This document shows, piece by piece, positions 37,855 through 52,465 of a stretch of DNA of 64,000 nucleotides. How positions within the stretch are numbered: the first letter of the stretch is position 1; the number at the start of each line of letters is the position of its first letter. The notes beneath the pieces were generated by a model. It saw only the letters and a list, made by a program, of their open reading frames with translations. It did no database searches and was not told where the DNA came from. The position numbers and the translations under genes are program-made. The stretch is from the human T2T-CHM13v2.0 reference genome, Homo sapiens: NCBI RefSeq assembly GCF_009914755.1, contig NC_060940.1; one strand, given 5' to 3'.

Positions 37855-38175
37855 ACCCTAGGGCTGAAGGGGAGAAGAGAAAGTAGTGCTTGCCAGTAAA
37901 AACTAGAAGTGGAGGAAGGGCCACCTGGTGGGAGGTGTCATCATGCAAGGATTCAGTTCCTAGTAGAGACACAACAATAAAGCAAGGAGGGACCCAGGGA
38001 GAAATTATCCACCTTCTCTCTCTGCTCACCTGCTCATCTCCTGCTCTATCAGCCAAGCCTGACCAGAAGCCAGAGGGTAAGGAAGCTGGGATATGTGGTC
38101 CCCAACAATTAACCTCAAGGCTGAGAACAGAGCAGAGAATAAGTCCAGGAGGAGGGCTAACAGAATAACCAGTGT
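37855..38175 (-). mobile_element. Old ERVL-type LTR fragment (LTR41-like)
   Basis: gaccagaagccagagggtaaggaagctggg motif. Confidence 0.4.
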
Positions 38176-39099
38176 TGCATAACACCAGAGTGCCTTTCTG
38201 GGGAATACATGAGATAACTAGATAACTTTGAAAAGTTAAAAACCGCAAAGGTGAGGTATTTGTGTTGAGCTGGTAGGACACAATTATATCATCTTTTAGT
38301 TTTCATTACTCAGCTAACACCGAGACTGTGCTGACCTGAACCTACTCACCGGGGAGAGGTGCTTGACATGGTCCTTGCCATCAGATGTTTATAATCTAGT
38401 TGGGGAGACAGAGAGAAGAAAACAGATAAAATAAGGAAATTGCAATGCAAGTGATGAGATGAATACTAACATCAGAGTGTGCATGCCAGCATTGAGGACT
38501 GGGAAGGGGAAGGAGGGGCAGGCCAGTTGCCTGGTGGTAGGTTGCCAGGGGTAGGGTCCAGGAGAACTGGATTCTAGCCCTGTGGGCCTTCGGGCAAGTC
38601 ACTCCTTCCCTCTGAACTGCAGTTTCCTCATCTATAACATGAAGAGAAGCCTTCCCACCTCATTGCTCTCCAGGATGAGGTGAAAATAAGTGATGAGGTG
38701 AGTGTCCCACCACTTTAGAAAGATAAAACTCAGCTTATGATGACCATGGAGGCCTAAGCTCCCTGTGACACCATTATCCTCATTCAGCTCCGAGACACTT
38801 TCTGGGCTTTCTGTAGAATTTGTTCTCTTATGAAGATGGAGGATGAGAGGGGATCATTACCCTTGGGTTAACTGGAAGACCTTGGCTTACTTTCCCTTAT
38901 GGTCCCAGATGTGTGAGCCTGACAATGATTTCTCTTAATTTTTTATTTAAAAACTTGGGCTAGAGAATATGAGGGAGTGAATCACATGGCTTCAAATCTC
39001 TTCTAACTCTGAAACTCCAAGTTCCTCCACTTTGGGATCCCTGGCTTTCTAAAAACAACATGAAAAACAATCATCTGCCCTTCTATGCAACCAATAAAA

Positions 39100-39290
39100 A
39101 CATTATCCATCCATCCATCCACTCACCCACCCATTTCTCATTCATTCACCTATTCATCTGCTCATTATCCATCCATCACCTACCCATCTATCATCCATCC
39201 ATCCATCCACCTATCATCCACCCGTTCATCACCCATCTATCCATTACCTATCCATTTATACACGCATACATGTATCCATCATGTATACCT
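39100..39290. repeat. Degenerate (CCAT)n low-complexity tract at an L2 tail
   Basis: Many CCAT/TCAT/CTAT units followed by gtcctgtgccaggc. Confidence 0.8.
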
Positions 39291-39949
39291 ACACATGCCA
39301 AGTCCTGTGCCAGGCCCCATGGGTGAAACAAGAGCAAGAGTTCTGCCCTCAAAAAGCTTCTCATCTGGCAGAGGAGCTATGAAAAACTCAACAAGAGGCA
39401 AAATCCACTAGAAAGCAGGGTGAATATAACTGAGTAGTGAGTGACCCAGACAGGAAAAGTTCAGAAAAGAGTGAGACCACTGGAAGCTTCCAGAGAAGAA
39501 GTGGCCTTCCCAGACAACTGGTGTCTGGACACAGCCCTAAAGAAGAAGGGTTTCAACTTGATCCTGGGCTCCTGAGGCCAGGGACTTCTCATGCTCCATG
39601 GCGCCCCATCCTAGGCTGGGCCAGAGGACAGTGAGAAATCTTGTCTTCGAAGGGCATGTTCCTAAGCTGGACCCAGTTTCCTTTCCAGCAAGCAACTCTG
39701 ATCAAATCTTTTCTTGGGCTGGACTTTTAGCCTCTATTCTGCTGACCAGCCCCAGCACTGCAAACATCTTTTAAACTCTCTTTGGAAACAAGGGGAGGCA
39801 GATGGGAGCTGGAAGTTGCAGGACAAGAATCCAGCCCACACTACTTTGACCTGGAGGTGCATTCATGGAGTAGCCCCACACACTGAAGGCTGACCCCCTT
39901 TCTGCCTGGCAAATGCACTTTTTGCTTTCCTGGCTTGGCCATAAATAAC

Positions 39950-40205
39950 CCAGCCACCTCTAATTTGGCCTCCAATACCCTGACCAGCCGTGATTTATTC
40001 ACAGACCAAAACAGGCATCTCTAATTTGCTAACCAATCGCTGCAATTCTGGCCTCTCCAACCAATAATTCTGCCATCTCTAATTTGCCAATAAATAATTC
40101 TGCAGCCTCAAATTTACTAACCAATAATGTGACCAATTTGCTGACCAATGGTTGTGTCAAGGCATAATGGTGCCCCTAGCAGATGGCAATTTGCTAAGCA
40201 ATATT
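39950..40205. promoter_or_regulatory. Homotypic motif cluster (AATTTGCTAACCAAT-like x6), candidate enhancer
   Basis: Six 15-mers in the same orientation and seven CCAAT in about 180 bp. Confidence 0.5.
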
Positions 40206-40339
40206 CGGACCTTTCCCCCTTTAGCAATAAAGAACCTTCGCAATCTTTGAATTCGGAATCCATTGCTTTGCTTGGAAGGATGCTCCAGGCTGCTGAGCTG
40301 CAGAAGGCTCCTCCCCAAAGCTTGTGCTTACCTCTACAT

Positions 40340-40420
40340 CCTCTTTCTCCTTCTCTCTCTCTCTCTCTTTCCTTCTCTCTCTCTCTCTCTCCTTCTCTGT
40401 CTCTCTCTTCTCTCTTTCCT
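40340..40420. repeat. (CT)n polypyrimidine tract
   Basis: About 80 bp of almost pure C/T. Confidence 0.9.
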
Positions 40421-42169
40421 GCAATCACAGTTAGTGTCTTGGAATATGAGAGATGTCTTGGCATGTTCATTTTAAATATGGAGCTGTTGAGACCCAGAGA
40501 GAGATAGTGACTTGACCAAGATCACACAGCAAGGTCATAGTAGAGCTAGGATTGAAACACAGGTCTCTGGGCTGCCAATCAAATATCCCAACTACACTAT
40601 CCAGAAGCAGACTTCCTTCCTCAGGGAATCTACACCAAGGAGCAGGTTGACTCTGGCTGGGCCAGGTGCCATCAGACTTTGGTTTGTCCTTGGCCAAGTT
40701 CCTCTAGTGCCAAGGGAGGGAGGAAGTTGACCCTGCTGACCTCACCACCTAGGGGGTCTGAGAGCTGGACAGGAAGGAGATTAGCTGTGCCACACAGAGG
40801 TCTTGGCCCGGTTTCAGTCCCAGGAAATGCTGGCTCTCAGCAGAAACCAAGAGCCAAATCCCACATCCCTTAAGGGAGTTGGCACCCACATTTCCCAGAA
40901 TGAGTAAGAACAAGAGTTCAGGAAAGTAAAGCAGATATCCCTCCCCCAGCAGGTCCTGGGGATGAGGCACGATGGCCCCAAGAAAACACAGGAGATGCCT
41001 TAGCACAGAAAAACCTAACCATGTCTGGGGCCAAGGGGAGCCATTTAGAGGAACATCCACTTGGTCCCTTCCCCACTTCCCAGGTCAGAGGTGAGTCTAA
41101 GCTGGCCCTTCCCAAATATTGGTGCAGTTAAGAAGGACAACACCTAATTCGGCTGTTTCTGCCCTTTCATCTGAAAAGGTCTATGTGACTCATTTTTATG
41201 CTCATGGCTCTTTTCAGAAGTTAAAGCAAAGTAAAACCAACAACAGTGCTTTGAGAATTGGGGGGAGGATTCCTAGGGATGTCAGAACATGCCTGGACCC
41301 CCTCTGAGTGCCACTGAACCTGTCTAAGGGACTGCATTTTGAGAGCAGGGAGGTGGTGATGGGGGCAGGTGGGCCTGTGATCTATTTTGGGACACTGAGG
41401 GTTTTCCCCGTAAGGGACACATCCCCTGCAGTACTGATGCCCTCAGGAACAAGTCCTCTTCCAGTGCTGTGCCAAGTCTGGGCCGGCAAGGAGAATGGAA
41501 CCAGGTGGAAGCAAGAGTGGAATAAATGGTGGCCGAGAGAGGAGAAAAGCAGTAGCTCAGTGTCAGCACAGAATCTCTTGGCTGTGAGGGGCTGTCTGGG
41601 GATTGCATTTTATTCTTTAGGTCTGGGAACCTGCTGCCCTCCATCTCCAAGTCCTGAGCAGGAGAAAATGGAGAAATTGGAGCAGCCAGGCTCTGGTTAG
41701 ACTCTGGGGAGAGGTTCCTTGAGGGCAGATCAGCAGATTCTAGTATATTTTAGAAGGGATGACACAGTAAGTTATATTCATTGCATGTATCCGATTTCTG
41801 CCCTCCTAGGGTGGACATTAAACACTGAAGAGCTGATTTGGATTTTGTCCTGGTCTAGTGACAGATCTCAGCTCAGATGTCACCTCTTCTGGGCAGAGTG
41901 GATTGGGTGCCTACTCTATTTCTTCTGATTCTGGCATTTCTTAGCCTTCAAAGCGTCTGTTGGATCGTGAATCCTTTCCTCACTGCACTGTGAGCTCCTG
42001 GAGGCCAAGGCTGGGATCTGTAATCCATTCATTCCCTTGTCTGTTGTTGCATCTCTGAGACCCAGCATGTGCTGGTCCTGAGGTCAGAGCCAGCAAGCAT
42101 TTGCTGAATCATTGGATAGTGAAGGTTCTTTGTCCAGCTTGGACTCTCAGATGTGTCTGTCGGAGGTTC

Positions 42170-42690
42170 TCTAAGCAAGTGAAGTTTCCCCGAAAGCAGA
42201 GCCTGAGACAAAGGCTTATGATCAAGAAGTTTATTAAGGAAGTGACACCAGGGAGCAAGAATGCAAGACAAGTAGCAAGAGACAGAGAAGGCAGGAAGAC
42301 CCATGCAAAGCTGCTTTATGTTGTTGGTCACTAATATGGATGACTGAACTTGATCCCCTGGCGATCTGGCAAACCTTAGAGCATGCATATCAGAAGTGCT
42401 GCCCAGAGGATGGAAGGGGGAAGCAAGAATCCATTGATGTTCATGCTCTTTGGTCAAGGGCATGAATGTCCAGGTTGTGCATGCATGAGTGCTGCCTATC
42501 CCATGAGATGGTGTGAGAGAAACTTCAGCAGGAAGTGAGACCAATGGGGCATAGCGCCAAGTGAGGTGCTGCCAGATGGCACTTGTGCCAAGTGCTTGCA
42601 GCCTGCATACAACTGGGTGCTGCAGTAGTGTCTAGAGAGGGAGGTGAGGCTGAGGCGTCTTGAAGTGTCACACAAGCAGCATCTGATACA
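42170..42690 (-). mobile_element. LTR16-family ERVL LTR
   Basis: gaaagcagagcctgagacaaagg...aagtttattaaggaagtgac (antisense LTR16 3' end). Confidence 0.6.
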
Positions 42691-43519
42691 TAGATCTTCC
42701 CCTCTTTAGCAAAGGAGTAGATAGGGGGCACTCCGAGAGCCAGAAAGGAAGGTGGGAGTGGCCCATCACCAGCTTCCCATGGGGTGCTGCTGCTGGGCAC
42801 TCCACCATCTGCAAGTTGGTGTTGACTGCTGGCCCCATCTTATAGATATGAGGATCACATCCGGGGCCAGCACCCCTGCCAGGTGCTCCTCACCCTCACT
42901 TCTCAGGAACACATTCAGCCCCATGGAGACTCTCCCAGGCCCCTTCCCCACTTTGGCTCACCTGCGCCTATTATCGGCCACTGGGTCCCTAGCATTAGTT
43001 TCCTTTCCCTCTTAGAGAGAGAGGAAAAAAAAAAGCAACAGAGGTGTGGTCAGCTCAGCTAGGAAACCACTTTGAATATTCACCCAGGCCTGAGCACTGA
43101 TAAGAGTGTATGTAACATTGGGGTCACCTCCACAGAGCACCTCATAGACATAATTTAATTTTTTTAAATAGGGAAACAAGATTTCAAGGCTAAAATTGGG
43201 CTGGACAGCAGAGGAAGAGAGTGGCTGGGTGCCTTAAACTTGCAAAGGGAAGAGGTCTGGTTTACAGCCCTGCTGCTAAACGTATCTGTTCTCACTAAGT
43301 GATGCAGCACCTCGAGCACTGTGGTAATAGAGCCACAAAATGGCAGGAAAAGAGGCAGTAGACGCAAAAGGAGGAAAGGCTGTCATGCAAAGGGTGCGAC
43401 TAGAAATAGGGGAACCACAGGGAGAGCAACTTGGGCAAGGACAGGGAAATTCAGAAACCAGCTCTAAGGAGACAAGCAGGGGCCATAGGGCAGGTGCCCA
43501 TAGGGACCACATGGGCACC

Positions 43520-43826
43520 GCAGGGCAGGCTGGGCTTGGTGCACCAGGGACAGTAGACAGCAGTGGGGACTGTGGCCAACTGCAGAACGCAAGCCTCATC
43601 TGAAGGGGCAGATGCTGACCTACTCCAGTCAATTGCCGCCATGAGCAAATGTGGGTGATGCAGAATCTTCCCATTTCTAAAGAGAAGGTTTAAATCAGAT
43701 TTTTAAGCAAAATCTCTTGCTTTAAAAACGTTATCCACAAATTTTCAGAAAATATTACGCAGGACAGACAAAACACCCACCAAGGGCCATATTCAGCTCT
43801 CAGGCAGCCAATTCTTAACCACTGTG
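43520..43826 (-). mobile_element. MER102-like DNA element
   Basis: gtggggactgtggccaactgcagaacgc...tctgaaggggcag...ttaaccactg. Confidence 0.6.
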
Positions 43827-44142
43827 GGAAAGAACACGTCCACAACAACCCCAATGTCTTCCCCACCCTTCACCCCTCTGACAAACCCAGTCGGCAAATA
43901 GGACAACTCTGGGACTAGGGGACTGGGTGGTCAACCTTGCTAACAAACTGTGTAATTATTACTTGTGGGTTTGGGGTTTATCAGTTGTGTCTTCCCTGGA
44001 CCCTCTCACCTTCGATAACTATAAACTCCACAGGACAGTTTTCTTCTCTTTTGTTTACTGATGGATCCCACACACCTAATAAAGTGCCCAACATGTAGTA
44101 GATGCTAGGTGCACAATAAGTGTCTGTTTCGTGAGTGAATGA

Positions 44143-44475
<333 letters not shown>

Positions 44476-44749
44476 TGGTGAGCGTCTTTTCTAACAAGCC
44501 TGACAGGCAAGCTCTCCTTCCCCAGATAATCATACTCTCCCTGCGCAGGGAACTGTACAAACTCAAAATAAACGGACCACGAAAGTCCAGGCTTCCCTTT
44601 TTCCTCTTCAGCAGGGTGCTATGGCTGGTGGGAAGTGGGACCGGACCTCTTGAAGTCTCCAAACCATAGGCTGGGATTGCACACAGCATATCTGCCAGAG
44701 TCTAAGGAGGAGAGAGGCAGACAGAGGAGCGGAGGAGAGAAAAGAGAAA

Positions 44750-45140
44750 GAAAAATTGTCCCATGCCTGCAACGGTCAAAATGCGTTATTAGGGTGTCCA
44801 GGAAATTATAGCTTATGTCTATTAGTTCTTTCAGGGTTAATATTGATGCAGATATTATTTCTATCCACAGCCCCATTTATTTGAAATATTATGACTGGGA
44901 GTAGCTGCTGCCGTGAATCAAATCAATTGATGGAGTAGTTAGCTGTGCCACCAGGGCAGCCTGCCTGCCCCTGCCCCCTCCCCCCGCCGCGAGCATGAAA
45001 TATTATGGAGATGGTTCCTTAAAGTGAGCACTTTATCATCATTTGTCTGCAGGCCCCCGCTAGGACGGCCTTGCCTGGCTTCCCGTTGGGCACTAGGAGT
45101 TGTCATAACTCAATCAGGCGGCTAATGCTGCTCCCAGCGC
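44750..45140. promoter_or_regulatory. Candidate conserved enhancer
   Basis: Repeat-free; ATCAATTGAT palindrome, TGAAATATTATG twice, TAAAGTG-AG-CACTTTA. Confidence 0.45.
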
Positions 45141-45394
45141 CTCCAGCCCACAGCCTCCAGCAGAGCAGCCCACTGACAGCCGGGGATCCCAGCCTGGGGT
45201 CTTGCTGCTGGCCACACGCAGGGCAGGGGTATTTTTGGAGGTGGAAATTGCAGTCCTGTTTCCTTGTGCCACTTATGGTTCTCCAAACCCAATCTGTCAT
45301 TTCCCACCACTGCACTTTTCCTCATGCTATTTTCTTGGCCGGCCTGGAGCCCCCTCTCCCATGACTCTGTCTGTCAAGATTCTATACATTCCAA

Positions 45395-45690
45395 GACCTG
45401 GGTCCAGGGCTCACACCTGTAATGCCAGCGCTTTGGGAGACTGAGGCAGGCAGATCACTTGAGGCCAGGAGTTCGAGACCAGCCTGGCCAACATGGTGAA
45501 ACGCCGTCTCTACTAAAAATACAAGAATTAGCCAGGCGTGGTGGTGCAGGCCTATAGTCCCAGCTACTCGAGAGGCTGAGGCACGAGAATTGCCTGAACC
45601 GCGAGGCAGAGGTTGCAGTGAGCTGAGATCGTGCCACACTGCACTCCAGCCTGGGTGGCAGAGCAAGACTCTGTCTCAAAAACTAAAAAT
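45395..45690 (+). mobile_element. AluS
   Basis: Dimeric Alu; TSD AAGAT(T/G)CTATACATTC. Confidence 0.9.
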
Positions 45691-45887
45691 AAGATGCTAT
45701 ACATTCTAAGAACAGGATTTGGGACATGGAACCCTGGCTAGGTGCAGGGAAAGGGGCCACATCTGATTCCCCATTCCCTGATACCTCCAGTGACAGCATC
45801 ATTTAGCTGTCATCTAAAAATAATAACAGTAAAGATAATTTTATTAAGCTCTACTAGGGTTCAGATAATCTATGCAGTGCTTTGTGC

Positions 45888-46053
45888 TAGTGGTTGATAA
45901 ACTTTTTTACAAAGGGTTGGATGGTAAATATTTTAGGCTTTGTGGGATGTAGTGTCTCTGTTGCAGCCACTCAATGTGTCCTTTTTAGAAGGCAGCCATC
46001 AGCGATGGAACAAATGGGCATGGCAGGATTCAGCCCTCGTTGGCTTGACCCTG
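45888..46053 (+). mobile_element. MER58-like MITE, internally deleted
   Basis: gtaaatattttaggctttgtggg...gtctctgttgcagccactca. Confidence 0.65.
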
Positions 46054-46217
46054 GCTTGATGCTGTCAACTCTTCGAAGGTCTTTGTTCTAATGTCACTTT
46101 CTCAATGAGGTCTTCCCTAACTATTGAAAAGTGAACTAACCTCTGGGCATCCCTCAGCTCACAGTCTTGATTTATTTTCCTCCATACCTCTTATTGCATA
46201 TTTTAAAATATGTTTTG

Positions 46218-46525
46218 GGCTGTGTGTGGTGGCTCACGTCTATAATCCTGGCACTTTAAGAGGCTCAGGTGGGTGGATGGCTTGAGTCCAGGCATTCGAG
46301 GACAGCCTGGGCAACATCGCGAGACCCAGTGGCTACATAAAAAAGTTTAGAAATTAGCCAAGCATGGTGGGCATTCCTGCAGCCTCAGTTACTTGGGAGG
46401 CTGAGGTGGGAGGATCGTTTGAACCCAAGGAGATGCAGTGAGCCTGATCACGCCACTGCACTCTGGTCTGGACAACAGAGCGAGATCCTGCCTCTAAACT
46501 AAATAAATAAATAAATAAGCAGATA
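46218..46525 (+). mobile_element. AluJ inserted in an L2
   Basis: gctgaggtgggaggatcgtttgaacc; (TAAA)n tail; TSD TTAAAATATGT. Confidence 0.85.
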
Positions 46526-47666
46526 AATTAAAATATGTCTTTGCTTTGTTGTGTTGTTAATAATACCACCACCACCAACCCATACCTGCTGCTAGAATGT
46601 CAGGTCCATGAGGACAGAGAGCTTGCCTGTTATGTGAATCACGTTTGCCTTTCTATTTTCTAGCTGGTGCCTGGCCCCATAACCGGCACTTCCTTAACCT
46701 TTGATAAACGGGCAGCCCTGAGGTCTGCACCGTTAGGATCCCCATTTTTCAGACTGAGGACCAGAAAGTTTCAGGAATTGTCCCAGGTCACCCAGCCAGT
46801 AAATGTTCTTGATCTCACACTTGAGTTTTCGCTGCAGTTTTCTTTATTTCCATGTATGAATTTATCAAATCCTTCTCCTGGCCCTGTAAGGTAGGCTGGT
46901 TCTCTTATTTTTCCCCTTGTGCAGGTAGGGAAACTGAGTCAGACATGGGTGGCTAGAAAGTGGTGAGGTCAGGACTGGAACCCTGTTCATCAAAGTCCAT
47001 TTTCTTACCACTCTGGCATTTTTGTCATCCTATTTTTCACTGGCACCAAGAGCCTGGGGCCTGGGATGTCCCGGCTGGGAGGTGGGAAGCCCTAAGCATG
47101 CTCCCCACCAGCCTCTGACTTACCTGTGACCAGGAGGAAATCACTATTCCCATGATTACATGTTATGGGACCCCAAAGCCTCCAGGGTGGCCACAAAGAT
47201 GCAACTAAAGAGCCTGGCATGGTGCCTCCTCCGACCCCGGTGCTTCCAGGACCAGCTCTCTCATTTTGCCCCACACTGGCAATTTCTCCCTATGCAGCTT
47301 CTGCCTGCACCAGTCTCTCCACCCAGAGTGCCTTTTCCCCACCTCTTCCCATTCAGATTCTTTGCATCCCTGAACAAAGGCTGGAAAAAAAAATTACAGC
47401 CTTTTAAACAGTGTTTTCAGGGGCTGCCCTTTGGCAGTGAGAAGCAAAGCTTGAAGCCCTCCTCTGGGTCTGTGCCACCACAAGAGGAAGGAAGAGTTGA
47501 AGATCCCTTAGGTCAAGATCGCTTGCACCTCATGGGAAGCCCTGGGGTGCCCAAGGATGTACGGCAACCCCAGTCAGCTTCTCTGTTGCCTGAAGACAAC
47601 AGAGCTTGAAGTTTCCTTGCAGATAATCCAGAATTTGACCCACAGAACCCTGAGCACATTAGAAAC

Positions 47667-48079
47667 CATAATGATTAACTTCATGTGTCAACTTGGCCAG
47701 GCCGTGATATCCAGCTTGGGGTCAAAACTTTTGTCCAGATATTGCCGTGAGGGTATCTTTCAGATGTGATTCACATTTAAGTCAGTAGACTTTGAGTTAA
47801 GCAGGTTCACCTTTGTAATACGGGTGGGCCTCATCCAATCAGTTGAAGGCCTCAAGAGAAGACACTGAGGTTCTTTATGGAGGAAGGAATTCTGCCTCAG
47901 ACTGTCTTCAGACTCCAGCACAACATCAGCTGTTCCCTGGGTCTCCAGTCTACCAGCCTGTCTTGCAGATTTCAGATTTGCCAGCCCCCACAACTTCATC
48001 AGCCAATTCCTTAACATAAACCTTTCTTTCTCCACACATACATTGTATTGGTTTGTTTCTCTGGAGACCTCTGAAATAT
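47667..48079 (+). mobile_element. MLT2 (ERVL) solo LTR
   Basis: atgtgtcaacttggccagg...gggtgggcctcatccaatcagttgaaggcc...gtttctctggaga. Confidence 0.85.
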
Positions 48080-48329
48080 CCAGAGAACCTCGAGTCCAAC
48101 TCTTTATTTAACAGAAAGGATAACCAAGGCACAGAGAGGGTAAGTAACTTCCCCAGTGTCACACAGCAGATTAATAACAGTTTGAATCCATCCAAAAAAT
48201 GCCTAGGCTAAATCTCTTGCTCTGTAGCGAGGGGCTGGGGTCCTCCCTTTGCACTTCCAAGCCTCCCGGTCAGGTGGAAGGCAGAGATCACATGTGTTCC
48301 GGAGAATATCAGCTCCTCACCAAAGGCTG

Positions 48330-48640
48330 CTGGGCGGGGAATTAATTAGAAATCAAAAATTCAGTGTGAAAATACAGAAATCTAGCTGCAGAGCCAATTT
48401 TCTATCACACTTAGCAACTCCATTTGATGTGATAGTTTGCTAATAAAACATGAGCATTACGGTAACATAATATTTTAAGTGTCCATTAACTAATACTTAA
48501 ATATAATGGAACCTTATGGAAATATACTTAAGCTGTCACCAACACCCCTAATGTAATATGCATGATTTCCAGGGCTATTTATAACTCCTAGGGCTCTCTC
48601 ACCAGTGACTTCATTGGCTCAATCAAAGGGGGATCTTGTT
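48330..48640. promoter_or_regulatory. Candidate conserved AT-rich enhancer
   Basis: Repeat-free; CTAATAAAA, TAATATGCAT, CTATTTATAA and ATCAAAG motifs. Confidence 0.4.
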
Positions 48641-48933
48641 TTCTCTCCCTGGCCTCTGTCTTGATAACTCAACCCTTGGGCCCCTGTCTCGGTGGTACTG
48701 AGGGGGCCCCGCCAACACCCATTTGCCCCACAGTGCCCAGTGGATTCTGCTGTAGGCTAGGGCTGGTGCTGGGCCCTGGGATGGCATGGAAAACAGGCAC
48801 CGTATTCAGGCATGGAGCCAGTGACCTGGCAGACACACAACACGTGGGTGACATGAGTTGTCAAGGGGGAACTGCAAGAATTTGTATGTGGGTAAAGCAG
48901 GGAGGCCTCCTGGAGGAAGTGACACTCCAGCTA

Positions 48934-49666
<733 letters not shown>

Positions 49667-49979
49667 TCAGTCTATACAATCTTGAACAGCCTCTCTCTGG
49701 GCCTTGATGTCCTGATCCTTGACACTGAAGTAGGGGCACGTTGTAAAGGTGCTCCAGGCCAGGCCTTCAGGAGAGCTTCAGTGAGCACCGTCCCTGCTCC
49801 TGCAGACACCATCCCCAGCAACCCCTGATTCTGTTTGTAGCAGACTTGGACTTTGGAGCAAATATCTAGCAAACCGCCACTTGCAAAGTACATAGCAGGA
49901 ATCGATGCTGGGCATCACACTCTGCCTGAAGTAGAGTAATGCCTCTTCCGTCTCTTCTACAAAGTGGGTTTTTATAGCC

Positions 49980-50405
49980 CTCTTAGTTTGGGTTTCTCCA
50001 GAAGCAAAGCCCGAGACAAGGAATTGAGAGCAAGTGGTTAATTTAGGAAGTGCAGGAACAGGGCTGCGAGGCAGGGACAGTAACACACGCAGTGTGCATT
50101 ATTTAGCTCCTGCGTTATACAGAAGCTTAGTCCCCTGAGAACTCCAGAAAACAAGGCAGAGCATCATCTTAGAGTTATCCCAAGACTCCAGGGAGCTGGG
50201 GAAATGTACACCACATCCCATCAGTCATTGACAGAGGGTGACTGCCACAGGGTAGCAAGGCCCCGGAAGCTCCAGCCTGCCATGCACACAGCCAGAACAG
50301 CCTTCCGCTTTCGAGCAGAATGATCCAGGTACTAGCAGTTGGGAGTTGATCAGGGCGAGAAGAAAGGGGAAGGCCCACAGGATATGGTCAGAACATCAAC
50401 GCGAT
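49980..50405 (-). mobile_element. LTR16-family ERVL LTR
   Basis: tcttagtttgggtttctccagaagcaaagcccgagacaaggaattgag. Confidence 0.6.
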
Positions 50406-51394
50406 CACCTGCAGCAGCTAAAAAGCAATCTTTTCAAGTGACTACGCATTCTCATTGGATTCTTGAAGGGCAATTGGAAGGAAGCAAGGGAGAGATAATT
50501 GCTAACACCCATTAGACAGGTGAGACAATTATGGGTTCAAGAAGAACCTGACTTCCCCTTGCCTGGAGTGTTTTCCTTTTTTCCTTTTGGCTTAGGTGCT
50601 ACTTCTTAGGTTCACAGTTCACCTCCTCTACATGACCTTTTCTTTTGTGGACAGGAAATTCACCTTAGACTAGAATCCTGCATTATTATCAGCTGCTAAG
50701 ATTTGTGGGGATGCTTGTTACTGCAGCATAATCAGGTATATCCTGACTGATGCAGACATGAAAAGTAGACTGATTTAGATATAAAAGCAATTAAGTAAGC
50801 AATAGCAGAAGACATACAGAAGACATAAAGATTAGGACAATGGTCTGCAAATCACTGACATTTGAGGATTGATAGTGCCTTTGTGCTAATAGGTTGGTAC
50901 ATATATAAGGAAGGAGTTATTTAGAACATGACGGGTCAACTTGGCTGCCTGATTACTATCCACAGGTGAGACAGAGAGGAGAAGACTGAGGAAATCTTTT
51001 CAGCCCCTGAGACATAGAGTCTGGGCTTGTGGGGCCCTCCTGAAGCTGACTGGAGTGAATGTGAGCCATCAGGACTCCTGACTCCCCTGTTGCCAGGCTG
51101 AAGCCCAGAGCATGAACCACCCAATCGCTGTTGGGGTGAAAGATGCACAGCTCCACCACTGTGACTCTGGAACCAGCATCATTCAAGTCCTGGTATGTGG
51201 AATGGTTCCCAGTCTGGGCTTTGAGGTCAAATAGAATAGTCCTCCCTCATAATAGCTGTGTGACCTTAGGCAAGTCATTGAACCTCTCTGAGCCTCAGTT
51301 TTAACATCTGTAAAAGGGGATAATAGTAACGCCCATATCCCAGGGTTTGGAGAGGCTTAAATGAGATAAACATGTTGAGGGTTGAACATGTGTC

Positions 51395-52465
<1,071 letters not shown>

